Below, one piece after another: positions 53,401 through 64,000 of a stretch of 64,000 nt of DNA. The stretch comes from Klebsormidium nitens (Eukaryota > Plantae > Klebsormidiophyceae): contig DF237111.1 of NCBI GenBank assembly GCA_000708835.1, positions 62,001 through 126,000 on the forward strand, given 5' to 3'. The translations under genes were made by a program, and so were the position numbers. Under the pieces are notes generated by a model that was given only the letters and a program-made list of their open reading frames with translations, ran no database searches and had not been told where the DNA came from. How positions within the stretch are numbered: the first letter of the stretch is position 1; each line of letters begins with the position of its first letter.

Positions 53401-53627
53401 CTGCAGACGGAAAGCGGGCTACGGTGGCGCGTCCTCGGGACTGCACCCTGTGTCGAGAGTGTATACGAGAAGAGGGGTGGGAGGAAAAGGTGGCGCTGCG
53501 GCGAGTCAAGGATCACTTCATCTTCTCGATCGAATCTACAGGAGCCTTGAGGCCCGAGGAATTGTTCACAGAGGCGATCAAGATTCTTACGGACAAGTGC
53601 GAAAAGGTGCTGGCGGATCTGTTTTGA
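47473..53627 (+). CDS. RPAC1: RNA polymerase I/III shared subunit AC40 (RPC40/POLR1C)
   Basis: Exons 47473-47607, 48642-48824, 50032-50161, 50759-50860, 51785-52041, 52856-52949, 53407-53627. Motifs: [91 protein letters not shown]. Confidence 0.96.
49310..50061 (+). repeat. Degenerate ~160-210-nt tandem array carrying acceptor + exon-3 start of AC40
   Basis: CAG|GTGCCGAxxxTGGCGATTGAGAxGGTGTT-like copies start at 49320, 49482, 49693 (decayed), 49862 and 50032 (real exon). Confidence 0.88.
50170..50312. repeat. Short degenerate minisatellite (gtggtgacgttctcaa) in an AC40 intron
   Basis: About 4-5 imperfect copies directly after the donor at 50162. Confidence 0.7.
51370..51830 (+). repeat. Tandem array of AC40 acceptor + exon-5 start
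   Basis: CGCAG|TxTACTCGAGCGACCTGGA copies start at 51383, 51514, 51634 and 51785 (real exon). Confidence 0.95.
52115..52365 (+). repeat. Two intronic echoes of the AC40 exon-5 3' half
   Basis: 52115-52225 and ~52281-52365 copy 51931-52041 ([22 protein letters not shown]). Confidence 0.95.
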
Positions 53628-54786
53628 GCGGATCTGAACCATACGTGTCTAGTAGAGTCTCTTATATCCCAACGATTGGTACTGAGCCCGCGCTGCGGCT
53701 CAACCTAAATTGTATGGTGAGGTTTGCAAAGCTGCGCAAGCTCCATGGACGCATTCCGCGTGGTCAATTTCTCGGGTCACAAGACGGCAAGTCGATTCGC
53801 TTTCCCTCTAACCTATTTCAAGTTGGCGTGCACCCATAATCGCCTTAATTTGAAGTATGCAATGTGGACTGGATTCGTAATAACACGTGATGCATCTGGG
53901 CTGTGGGTGCTGTCACACGGAAAGTTCTTTTCGTGCGTTATAATGTTAGAATTCCCGACGAAGTGAAAGCTATCTTAATGATACTCTTACATATATACCA
54001 GTAGGATACTGCTTCCGCACGGAAACGATCTGCATGCGGTCCATACATGCCATGATGCACGTTTAACGATTTTCCGACACAAACAGCTAATATCATATAT
54101 GATACCTTGCCGCCTTCACGCCAAGGTATTCAAGCCGGGGGTAAAGTCGGGTATACGTTGTTCTCCCACATCAAGCATAATCCGCGTGCATGTGCGGCAG
54201 ACGGGAAGTTTATCTACGATCGACGTCTTGCAGTGCTTCAAGTTTCGATCGGCTTTACACAACGTGTGGAGCTCACGCAAATGTTCTTTCTAGCTTTGGT
54301 GAATCTGCAGTAGCGCGTGCCAGATCGAGCAATATACTGCATGATCAATTCTAGCTAGAGACTCCAAAGTCACTCGCGAGAGAGAAGGCATACTAATGAT
54401 GACAGGTTGACCTAGTGGACAGAGAACATGGCCGGCCTGAAGAATAACATGCATGTCAAAAGGATGCCATTATAACATGGACATGAATATGAGAGTGGAT
54501 GATTGGATATATTCATACAGGTACAATCCTGGACTTACTTTACGTTCCTAATCAATTCCGCGGTCAGGTTGTTCTCTGGGGACTGGAAGGCCACAATACG
54601 GTCTGAATGCGGCCCTTCAGTTACCTTATCATGCCATCGTCAAGACGTGTGGGCTTTCCTGTACAAGCACGGACAGCATTCTATCGACTATTTACAGTTC
54701 GCACGAAGAAATGCGAAGAACAGGAGCTATCACTACATGTCGTCCGAATTTTCCGACTTGTCTTCTCATTCGCTCTAGACTTAACC

Positions 54787-56159
54787 TCAATCTCTTTCTG
54801 AAGAGATAGTCTCTAGCCAGTGCTGCGCGAGAGGATACCCTTGATTGGCTGCCCTCCCAAGCCACTCCAGCGCGCTGTCGTCGTCTCTTTCCACCCCTCT
54901 GCCGTCGTGATAGCACATGCCCAAGATCCATTGCGCCTGGGAGTTGCCTTGGTCGGCAACCTCTCTGTATCACCGCGCAGCCATTTCGGAATCTCGGTCG
55001 ACGCCTTTCCCGGTAGCGTAGGCCGAGGCAACGCCGAGCGCCGCTTATGCATGGCCATTTTCTGCACCCTTTCAGTGTACCACTTAAGTGAGCGAGCGTA
55101 ATCCGGTTTCGCAGCCAACTTGAACAGCGACCCGAGGCTGCACTGCGCGTCTGAATGGTCTTGTTCCGCAGCCTTCGTGAGCCACTTCTCAGCACGTGCC
55201 AGATCGGTTTCCACGCCACTTCCGTGCAGATAGCACCAGCCCAGGTGGTTCTGACCGTCAGCATTGCCGCGTTCCGCGGCTTTCCTGAACCACCGAACCC
55301 CCGCTTCTTCGTCTTCAGCCACACCTTTTCCGTTGTAGTAGCACAGACCGATGTTGTACTCCGTTCTCGCTTCTAGTTTCAGGCTTTTCAGGGCTGGGAG
55401 GCTTTGCAGAACGGGAGCTAGCGACTGGGCGCCTTCGAAGCCAACTGGGTTGTTTGATAGGTCGAGGGCTGTTAGAGCTCGAAGCTGCCCAAGGCTTTGG
55501 ACACTCAGGACTTTTTCTCGACCGTTCAGCTTGCTGCCCGACAAGTCCAAGCTCGTAAGCGAAGTGAGACTCTCAAGGCTAACCGGCAGCCACCACTTGT
55601 TCTCAGACATCCGAAGCTCTACCAACGAATGAAGTGTTCCGATTGCCTCATTCAATGGACATCGGGCGTCGTCGTAGAACGCGTTTCTGCAAAGGTCCAC
55701 ACTCTTGAGCCGTAGGAAGCCCTTCAAGCCTGTGAAAAATTCTGGGCCCAGCTTGCACGATGACAAACGTAGCTCAGTAAGTGTCTTCGAGTACATGGGG
55801 CCTGGGAGCCCTAAAGAGCCAATAGCGAGAGCGCGTACATCAAGGGTCTTCAGAGACGGCAGCTTCGAAATGCGCTTTCTCAGCAGAGGCACGTGCAACC
55901 ATGCCACGTCTTTTAAGGTCAGGCTCTCCAAGTCCTCGCGTCCTTTCAGGAAGGCAACAAAAGAGTGCACTTTGTCCTTCTCCGCTGAGCGCGTCCGCCC
56001 CAGCCTCGATTCGAAGAACGCACAGTGCGTGTCGCGCGCAAGCTTTCTAAACTGCTTGGACACAAGGCTGACGCTGACGAAGTCCTGCCCAGATGACGCC
56101 ACCACTCTCTGCAAGATGAGGAGCACGACCTCCTCCGGCAACGCCCGGAAATCCGCCAT
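54787..56159 (-). pseudogene. Intronless F-box + LRR + Sel1-like-repeat gene, 3' part disrupted
   Basis: From ATG 56159: F-box (LPEEVVLLILQRV), LRRs (LTSLDLSGSKL, LTALDLSNNPVG) and Sel1 repeats (NIGLCYYNGKGV..WFRKAAERG). A frame change near 55070 moves the Sel1 repeats to another frame (KGAENGHA*..AYATGKGVDRD..AAR*YREVADQG..LGMCYHDGRGVERD), which has stops at 55045-55047 and 54970-54972 and ends at 54787. Confidence 0.85.
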
Positions 56160-59075
56160 TTCTGTTGGGCGGTGGGCGCTAGGAAAATTGAACAAGTGCC
56201 GATTCACGAGACTTCAAGGAAACTGATCTCTGATTCGATCTTCGCCTCTTCGCTTCTGCTGCGTCGCGCCGTCGCAGCTAAGCAGGGGCTCGCTGTAGAG
56301 AATCATGTCTACCCAAAGGTCAGTTTCGAACGCATGATGATGCGAGTGGATTGCTCACATGCAGATTCTCAGAGTTTCAAGCCGTCGCCGTACGTCCGTG
56401 CGCGCGCAGGACCGGTTGTGCCTGCGCCATGCATCGATCATCATATCAGTGTACGAGGTCATGGGCGCCCAGTTGATTTGTGACTAACCATGAGGCCGGG
56501 TCACCTCGCCGCAAACTTTTCTTTATGCAGACGGCTGATCTCCAGTGCACGTATTGAAGGCGCACTGTCAGTTTCTACCAGAGTCGAGCAATGACTTCGG
56601 GCATTTCTGGGAGTCAAAAAGCGTCCTTTGGTACTGTTATATTTGCGGGCTTGTTCGACTTGTACGCACTCACGACGTACGCATCCATGCGCCGATGAAG
56701 TTTTCACGATCAGATTGGCTGTAGTATGTATATCAGCGATAGCGCTATCGAGCATGAAATAAGTATTGATATGTGGGAGTAATATAAGTGCCGGGATGTG
56801 TCGAGTCCGAAGTCCCTTTCTCATTTGGCCTCAGTCTGGTCAGAAGTATTGGGAACGGACATGTAGTCGTCGAGCCATTGAGTATGCGCTACTGACCCGA
56901 AGATGGATCGAGCTTTCACCTTCTGTTTTCAAATCTAGATAAGATCTAGATGAAGAGTCGCGGTGCATATAATAGAGAGAGCGGCGTGTGTTGAATTTCT
57001 TTGGCGTATTTGCATTGTGAACTTTGCTCAGTACCAATAGTAGGTAACTTGTTTGACAACGTATGAAAAAGACAGGAAGTATTAGATTGATCAAATCTTT
57101 GCTGGATCGAAGGAGCCTCTTCAGCTCCTCCTCAGCTACATGAAGGTACGTCAAAGAAAAGGCTCGACAAAACGAGATTGAATTAACGGGCAACGAGTCA
57201 ACTTGGCTAGTGAGCGAGCCGTCCGGCTAGCTAGAATTGTTCCGTCCGATGTCGCAAGCCTTGTAGCAAAGCGGTAGCAAAGCTGCTTGCATGCATGAAT
57301 CTGCTGAGGCGCTTCAACTTGTTAATAGTGATGGCGACCCGGCCAGCGGTCTTCCGGGTATGAGAGCCAGTTACGTACCCGGGCAGTCCTCAGAGCCCGG
57401 CGACTGGTAGCGACTTGAAGGATGAGCATTGAGGACTCCGAGTCGGAGTTGGGGCTCCGCCAGGGATTCCCATAGGCGGGCTTTAGTGGCGATCTCAGCC
57501 GGTTGGAGTGGAGGACCAGCCGGTGCCGAAGGCACCCTGCCGGCTCGCTTGCCGGCTTGCAGCCGGTAGAAACCACACCCCACCGGCTGAATCTTATACC
57601 ATATGTAACAAAGCCCCGCTATAAAATCATCATTTCCCCTCTGTTGATGTTCCAAACGGCCCAGAATGGCTCTGAGTCTAGGTATTTGTGCCTGAAATTG
57701 GTACGGAGCGCCAGAAAATGGCTTGAATATTGTCAAAGGCGATTTCTTCGGTACCGGCCGGCACAAATGGAAGGATGCCGGCCGCCGGCTTGAAGGCTGT
57801 GAGGAAGTTCTGGCCGGTAGGAATCACCAAGTGCCGGCTCCGTGACTGGCTGCCAAAAAATCCATGGGAAACCCTGGGCTCCGCCCTTGGGGGCGTTCAT
57901 CCCGACTGCATTGTATTACGGCCGCAATTCCGTACTTTCAGCTGCATTCACCAGCATTAAAATATCTGCCGTCGAGGGCGCTCTCAGCCACAAGTCTCAC
58001 ACGCGTATGCACAAGCCGTTTATCAAAGTCCATGCGTGTGGATTTTCTTCGAGCAATTGTAACGCTTGAATCCTTCAGGAGGAGCCATGAAGTCAAGTGG
58101 AAACGATGCACTGGCTTGGACACCTATGATTACTTTCACCGTTACACCGCGGCTAGCACATTTGTTTCTGGAAACCTCCATATTCCGGAAATAGTGTTGT
58201 CGCCTTCATTCACGTTTGGACACGCGGTGTACTTGCAAGTAGGGCACCAGAATCTTTTTCTGCCCTGCGATTGGTCAGGAACTAAAGAGAGGATCCTGAA
58301 AACCAGTCAGATCCGCGCCCGAAAAAGTGTAACATGGTCATAAGCGGAGGGTTCGAACCTCTACTTATGGACCATTTTCTGGATAGGCGAAGCTCCATTC
58401 GAGTCGCCCCGTACACTTGAGTGTGGTACGTACCCAGTGACTTGGTAACGCTGTGGGAGCGAAAAGGCGAGCGTTACGTACGCGCTGTGCGGGAAGTCGG
58501 TGTAGCGAGGAAACTGGAACGCGACAAAGGTGCATGTTCTCAAGTTCGTTCCCTTTGTCCCATTCTGAATTTGTACAGTCAGACTGCAGGCTGATCTTGT
58601 GACCAAGAAACTCGATGAGGGCGCTCTAGATCTGAGAAGAAGGGAAGCCGCCCAGGTATTCGCAGGAGGAAGGCGGCAAGGACAAAGCTGGCGCCCCGAA
58701 AAGGGTTTCACGGAAGCACACTACGAACCACCCTAAGCGTGCCGACCATTTTTGGCCTCAGGAAGAGCCGTTTGAGGATAGCAGGTGCTCAGAGCTTGGT
58801 GTTGTTTTGCACGGGTTCCGTGCATTGAAGTGAGTTTTGAGAGAGCTTTGACCTGTGCTGCACTTGCTAGAAGGGTTGATAAGCCCCTTGGTTGGTGAGG
58901 CAGGCTGAAGAGCTCGAGTTTCCAAGGTCTACTGTAAGGTTCCTTCCCTGGTTTGCAACCGACAATCTCTGCCCCCCTGACTGTTGGCCGCTTCTTAGAT
59001 CTCAATAGACAGGGTAGAAAGACGCTTAGCAGGGGCACCAGTGTTGATGTTTCAAAGATTGTGAGGGGAAAGTTC

Positions 59076-62000
59076 ATGACAGAGCCAGTCATAACAACGA
59101 CCCCAGAGCTGCCAGGGTCTACTTCGGCTGGAATGGGTATGCTGGCTACTGCAGAAGCAGACCCCAGCGACTATCTCAACAAGCTTGCCAAGCATCCAAG
59201 ACTCTCCAGGTGAAGACCCAATGCGCCCCCATTCCTTTCTGCTCCTGAAGTACTGGCACGATGCGAACAAATATGTATGTCAGGTTGTGAGGACTAGGTA
59301 CAAGCCTGTTTTGTACCGAGTTAAGGCAGTTGCTGGTTTGCATCCGCCTCATTGATGCAATGCTGATGGGAAATTTGTCTAGATCTGTTATTTAGCAAGC
59401 AATCTTATGGATTGACTCAACAGGTCAATGTTGTTCTAAGACCACTTAGCTGCCATTTCCTATTAATCCTATAAGACCACTGATCTAACTACTACTGATT
59501 CTGGTGGTTGTACTGCATTAGTATCTTTGGGTTGAACACTTACTGACCAACCTTGAACTGGAAGTGGTTGTGATCCTGAAAAACCACTCATAGCATCAGA
59601 AGGAATCAGGTTCTCTGATCACCAGCCCGGTCCGAAGAGAAGATTGAGAAACGAGTTGAGGCACCCAAAAAGCGGTCAGAATCTACTTTTAGTTCTGCGT
59701 GAGTTCCTGCATGAGACCTCTGTATTGTGGTCTTCTTCTGAAGTCTAAACCTGGGAGAGCTGCAATATGCTTGTGGCACTTGGCAGTTTGTGCTTCACAT
59801 TGGCTGGGTATTCACTGTGTTCAGTTTAAGACCTGATAATGACATCTAGACTAGATAGAATTTGCACTATTGTGCAAACCTTTTCCCAGTTGCACATGTC
59901 TGCAGCAATGAATGCAATGATTCATGCCTGTCTGCAACAAGATCTCTTGCAATGTTGTTTGCTGGCCATTGTCAGGAGACTTTGACTGTTCAAGGTTGCA
60001 CTGCGGAACCTTCCTAAGGCAAGGGGGCTCCCTCATCGGTTGGCATTTGCTAACAGCATCCGAACAGCTGCAGTCTGGCTCTAACTGATGCAACATAATT
60101 CCTGCAGCTACATCGTTTTTGCTGTTGATGTAGGTCTTGCCGGCCAGTGTCACGGTTGAAAAATGCCGTCAGGATCTGAATGCTAAGGGTTTCCTTCTCT
60201 TCATGAGTAGGGTGACATGCGCTAAGGGGTAGTGTATGATGGTCTTGCTGATACACTGGGTGTCTGCTGCAGGATGCACGGTATTCCTGAAGGAGCGAAC
60301 GGGGAGTTCCTCTACCGGAGTAAACAGCCCCGCCCCCTGGAAGATGGGAACTGGATGTGCGAAGATCCAGCCTGCAGGAATGTCAACTATCCCAGGCGGT
60401 CAGAGGTGGGAAACATGCTGATCCTCATGATGCATTGCTGCTGTCATTCCATGTTCAGAGTCTTGAGTTTGTTAAACAGCTGCTCTAAGAGGTTCCAGGT
60501 GGTGGATAATTTGTTGCAGGTTGAGGAAAGAGGGACGGCATATCTGCTCGAGGAGGGGCATAAGTTGGTTGAAGTGTGCCAGGCAGGGGATAACCCCTGG
60601 CCTCACAGATGTTCCAACATGCACTATTCTAGATAGATATTCTTCTTTCTTGATTGCAGTGAGCTAGAACAGCATTTTTTTCCATCTGCTCTGAAGTCTA
60701 TAGCGCTCAGTACAATTAGAGTAGCCCCTTGACCACTATCTTCTTCCAGCCACATTGGAAATCGAGTCATGGGACATGCGCAAGGACGAGATTGAGTTGA
60801 GTTGCTGACAGAACCTAGTTTAGCTAAGCCTTTTGACGGTCCTTCTTCCACTGCAAGATCAAGCTCTTTTGGACTTAAGCTGTGCATAAGTCTCAAGACA
60901 GATATGTGAACTGAACTCTAGAGTGAGCCAGTTCATGCAGCGGTCATGTTCTCATACTCGATCTTTCCTGGTTGCAGTGCAACAAGTGCGGGAAGAAGCG
61001 GGGGTTGATAGGAGACACCATCGTGAAGAATTACGTGGAGTCCATCAAGCTGGCCCGGGGCGAGTCAGCACCTAGCGCCTTGCAACATGTATGTACCCGG
61101 GTTCTGTACTGGGGTTTGCTGGGACCTATTGAGTCACATTTTATGCTCTACTGGAATGAAGTTGCTGTTCTCCTTATCCAATCTGCTCCTCATCACTGTA
61201 GTATTTGAGCTCTAGAGATGGTGAGGATAGCGCCAAAACACGATTTGCCTGAAGCAAAACTGCCAATTGGAGCAGGGAGTTCTTTACAAAGAAGACGTGC
61301 TGGCGACTCAGCTCTGATTGGTCTAGACGACCCATCGGGAATCTGTTTGTTCTGCTCCTACGAGACAAATGGATTCACCAGCTGCAGTTGTGCAGTCGGC
61401 TTTGCACATGTGTTAGTAGCAACTACCCGTCAAAATGTCATGCACCCTCATTTGACACGCGAGACCTTTTCAAATCCCTTCCCCCTCCTTGGATCTAGAT
61501 AGGTAAGTCCTCTTTCAAACCCGGTCAATTGTTTGCCCAATTTCAGGACACCATCTTAAGACTCGGAGATTGGAGAACGAATCCAAGATTCGAGAATAAT
61601 CACTTTCGCAGGCTTCTCGACTGGCGAACATGTCGACCTACGAACGGGGGCCGTACTATCCGGACGTCATGGGGGCAGACCTGCGCTACTCGACTTCGGA
61701 ACATGATGCGTGGTTGGCGGCGGCTAATGGTGGGGGACTCGACGCTCCGTACACTCCGCAGTATACCACCAACGGGGGGTCGCACAGTCGGAGGTCAGCC
61801 TTCACGTGAGCTGATCTCCGCTCGTTCCCCTTTTATCACGACTATTTGCAACATGGAGAGAGGCCGTTTTTAACCCTCAATTGACCGAGTTACCTCTGGA
61901 CCGAGTTTTTAACCATCAGTGAATGTTGCCTATCTGCATGTCTTCCTGTTTGCTCGTTCCCAGTTTCCAGGAACCTGCCCGCACTAAGCCATGTAGCCAG

Positions 62001-63625
62001 CAAAAGGTTCCAATTTTTCCTTTGTACTCGTATTCCCAATTTTGGGCGTCTAGGAGGGTGCTCTAGGATCTCGTTACAAGAGCGGAAGCAAGTGTCTTAC
62101 AGGCTACCATACTACGTTCAGTTCCTCGAACTTTGGTTACAACTTTTGCGCATTGTTCAGTCAGCTATCGTTCGATTGCCCTAATCCACCGTGAAACCCT
62201 TTCTGGAAGGGGATTCAAGAGTTAGGTCGGCGTGGTCAAAACCACTCACACCTCCACCACTCTCCTTGCAAACCCTATCTAAACCCTTTCGAAATCTCTT
62301 CTAACTTCTCTAAATCCCTTCTCAACCTTTTTCTTGCCCTTTTATCTTTCCCAAACCCCAGTCTTCTCATCAAACCTCGGTTGTCTCGGTGCAGGACCGC
62401 TAGCGAGGGTCGCCGCTTGGCTGAGCAGCTCCTGCTCCAGTTTGCCAACTCTTCAGACCCGGTCGGGGACGCCCGCGAGTGCGTGGCAGCAGCCGCGCTC
62501 TGGCTGGGCTCTGTCACAAAGTCACGCTCCCAGGTGAGGAGAGAGTTTGTTTCTTCTTTCTACAGAAAGCGCGTCGCCCTAGGTCAGGAGTCAGCTTATA
62601 GAGTGTTCACTGTTCCATATCAGTCTGAAGCCCCCTTGCTGTTACTTGACTACAGCTTCTGCACTGTAACTGGCCCCGGAGCCGTCCTAAGTGCGCCCTT
62701 TCTTGAGCGAAACCTTCGGCTGAAATGGTTCGAGCTGTTCCTCGTTGAAGTTAACTTTCAACCTGCGAAGATCTTCCTTGTTGTCAACCCGCTCGTCATC
62801 GCTTCCTGTACCCGTCTTTAGCACCGGCGACCATCGTGACCACTGCTGCGAAATGAGACTGAAAACCTCGTTTTTCCTAACGCTGTCAATCGGACCAACG
62901 TCTCGGCCGTTCCAGACAGGCAGAAAAAGTCCGAGGCGCTTTCGACCCGTTGCAGATCCTACCTCAACCATTGCACCTTAGACGTTGCCATTGCACCTCA
63001 GACGTTGCACCTCAACTCCGTTTCCCTTTTCAAATCCTCATTTCGCGAACTGGCCCTTTACCAGCTCTGTCACCGCCGTCTTTGTCAACTCGCTCGGATC
63101 ATCCCGTTTAAATCTCCTTCCTTCCCTTCCTTCACGACTCTTTCGTCGAGAATCTTTCTCGCCGGACCTTTGAAACCTCCTTCCTTTCCATTCTCACTTC
63201 TTGGACCCACTTCTTTAACCCACGTTCCGAACCGAACCCCCGTCTCCTTCGCAGGCCGACTACTCGCACCGCGTCTCCCTTTCGCGCCTTCCTTCTGTCA
63301 CCAGAAAAGCTAACCCACGTCTTGACCTGGTTCTTAACCATTCCAATCTTCTTCGCAGGCCGACTACTCGCACAGCGTCTCACCCTCGTCCCTCTCTCCG
63401 GTCTCCTCTTCGTCCCTTAGTAACCTGGCAGCGCTCTCCCAGGCGGACCATACCTCGCCCCTGGTTCTCCCCTCGGCGTACTACGGAGGGCCTAACGGCA
63501 TGACACCTGGCATGGGCCTGAACGCCCACGTGTCCACTCTCCGAGGGGTGGCCGGGAGGGTGCCCCCGATTCGGCCCGTTGTGTCGTTCGAAGACTACAA
63601 GGACCGGCCGAGCGACTACTTGAGG
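59076..63625 (+). CDS. RanBP2-type zinc-finger protein (partial, probably continues beyond the window)
   Basis: Phase-compatible exons 59076-59209, 60273-60405, 60978-61088, 61612-61793, 62395-62533, 63359-63625. The finger W-M-C-EDPA-C-RNV-N-YPRRSE|C-NK-C spans an intron and matches W-x-C-x2/4-C-x3-N-x6-C-x2-C. Confidence 0.8.
63247..63279 (+). repeat. Intronic echo of acceptor + exon start of the zinc-finger gene
   Basis: cttcgcag|gccgactactcgcaccgcgtctc vs cttcgcag|gccgactactcgcacagcgtctc at 63351-63381. Confidence 0.9.
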
Positions 63626-64000
63626 GTGAGAGATCTTGGTCGATCCTATTTTGCTGCCAAAAGTCCAATCCCTGCAAGAGAATAAGCAGCGTTTGCGCGG
63701 GGCGTGGTGGAGAAACAGAAGTAGTTTCTGCTGCGCGACGGTTGGTCCTTCGACGCAGCTTGTCATAAGGTGCGCATCGATTCAAATCTGGCTTATCCAC
63801 CCCTACGAAGTTGGCGAGGAGCTTTGACGGACGTTGGTCCGCAAAGAAGAAGCAGCCCATCAGCATTTTGTAAGAAAGTTCTTCTGACAGGCTAACTTCT
63901 CCACGCCAGCTTTCACACTGGGAAGGCTGATTTGTCACTTGCGAGGCTGCTTCTATGTCCGTGTATCTTCAAACCAAGAGCCGAGCACGGGTTTGGCTGC

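Noticed and set aside
56500-57900. Possible mobile-element remnant (AT-rich ORFs, then a CCGGC-rich patch) upstream of the F-box gene
   Set aside because: No transposase motif, terminal inverted repeat or target-site duplication recognised; would need a repeat-library search.
58345-58365. GGTTCGAACC B-box / tRNA T-loop-like motif
   Set aside because: No cloverleaf, acceptor stem or A-box could be built on either strand.

Overview
Intron-rich eukaryotic nuclear DNA. Plant-type genes (PPR-SMR, CAD-like, plant-like AC40) suggest a streptophyte green alga such as Klebsormidium; this is inference. Genes assembled by hand from GT-AG exons: an extended-SDR fragment (-); a ~1,350-codon, ~21-exon gene (+, ~3.6-16.6 kb) fusing a membrane-anchored cytochrome P450 in frame to an NOS-like FMN/FAD/NADPH diflavin reductase, with one in-frame TGA and a 1-nt frame break in one exon; CAND1 (-) head-to-head with DIM1 (+); a 606-N gap; a CAD-like alcohol dehydrogenase (+); a PPR-SMR gene (-) head-to-head with Pol I/III subunit AC40 (+); an intronless F-box-LRR-Sel1 gene with a decayed 3' end (-); and a RanBP2-type zinc-finger gene (+) running off the window. 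Two signals stand out: the P450/NOS-type reductase fusion with a non-canonical I-helix, and recurrent intronic 'echo' copies of exon ends with their splice sites in five genes, several diverged mostly at synonymous positions. No rRNA, tRNA, CRISPR array or recognisable transposase was found.
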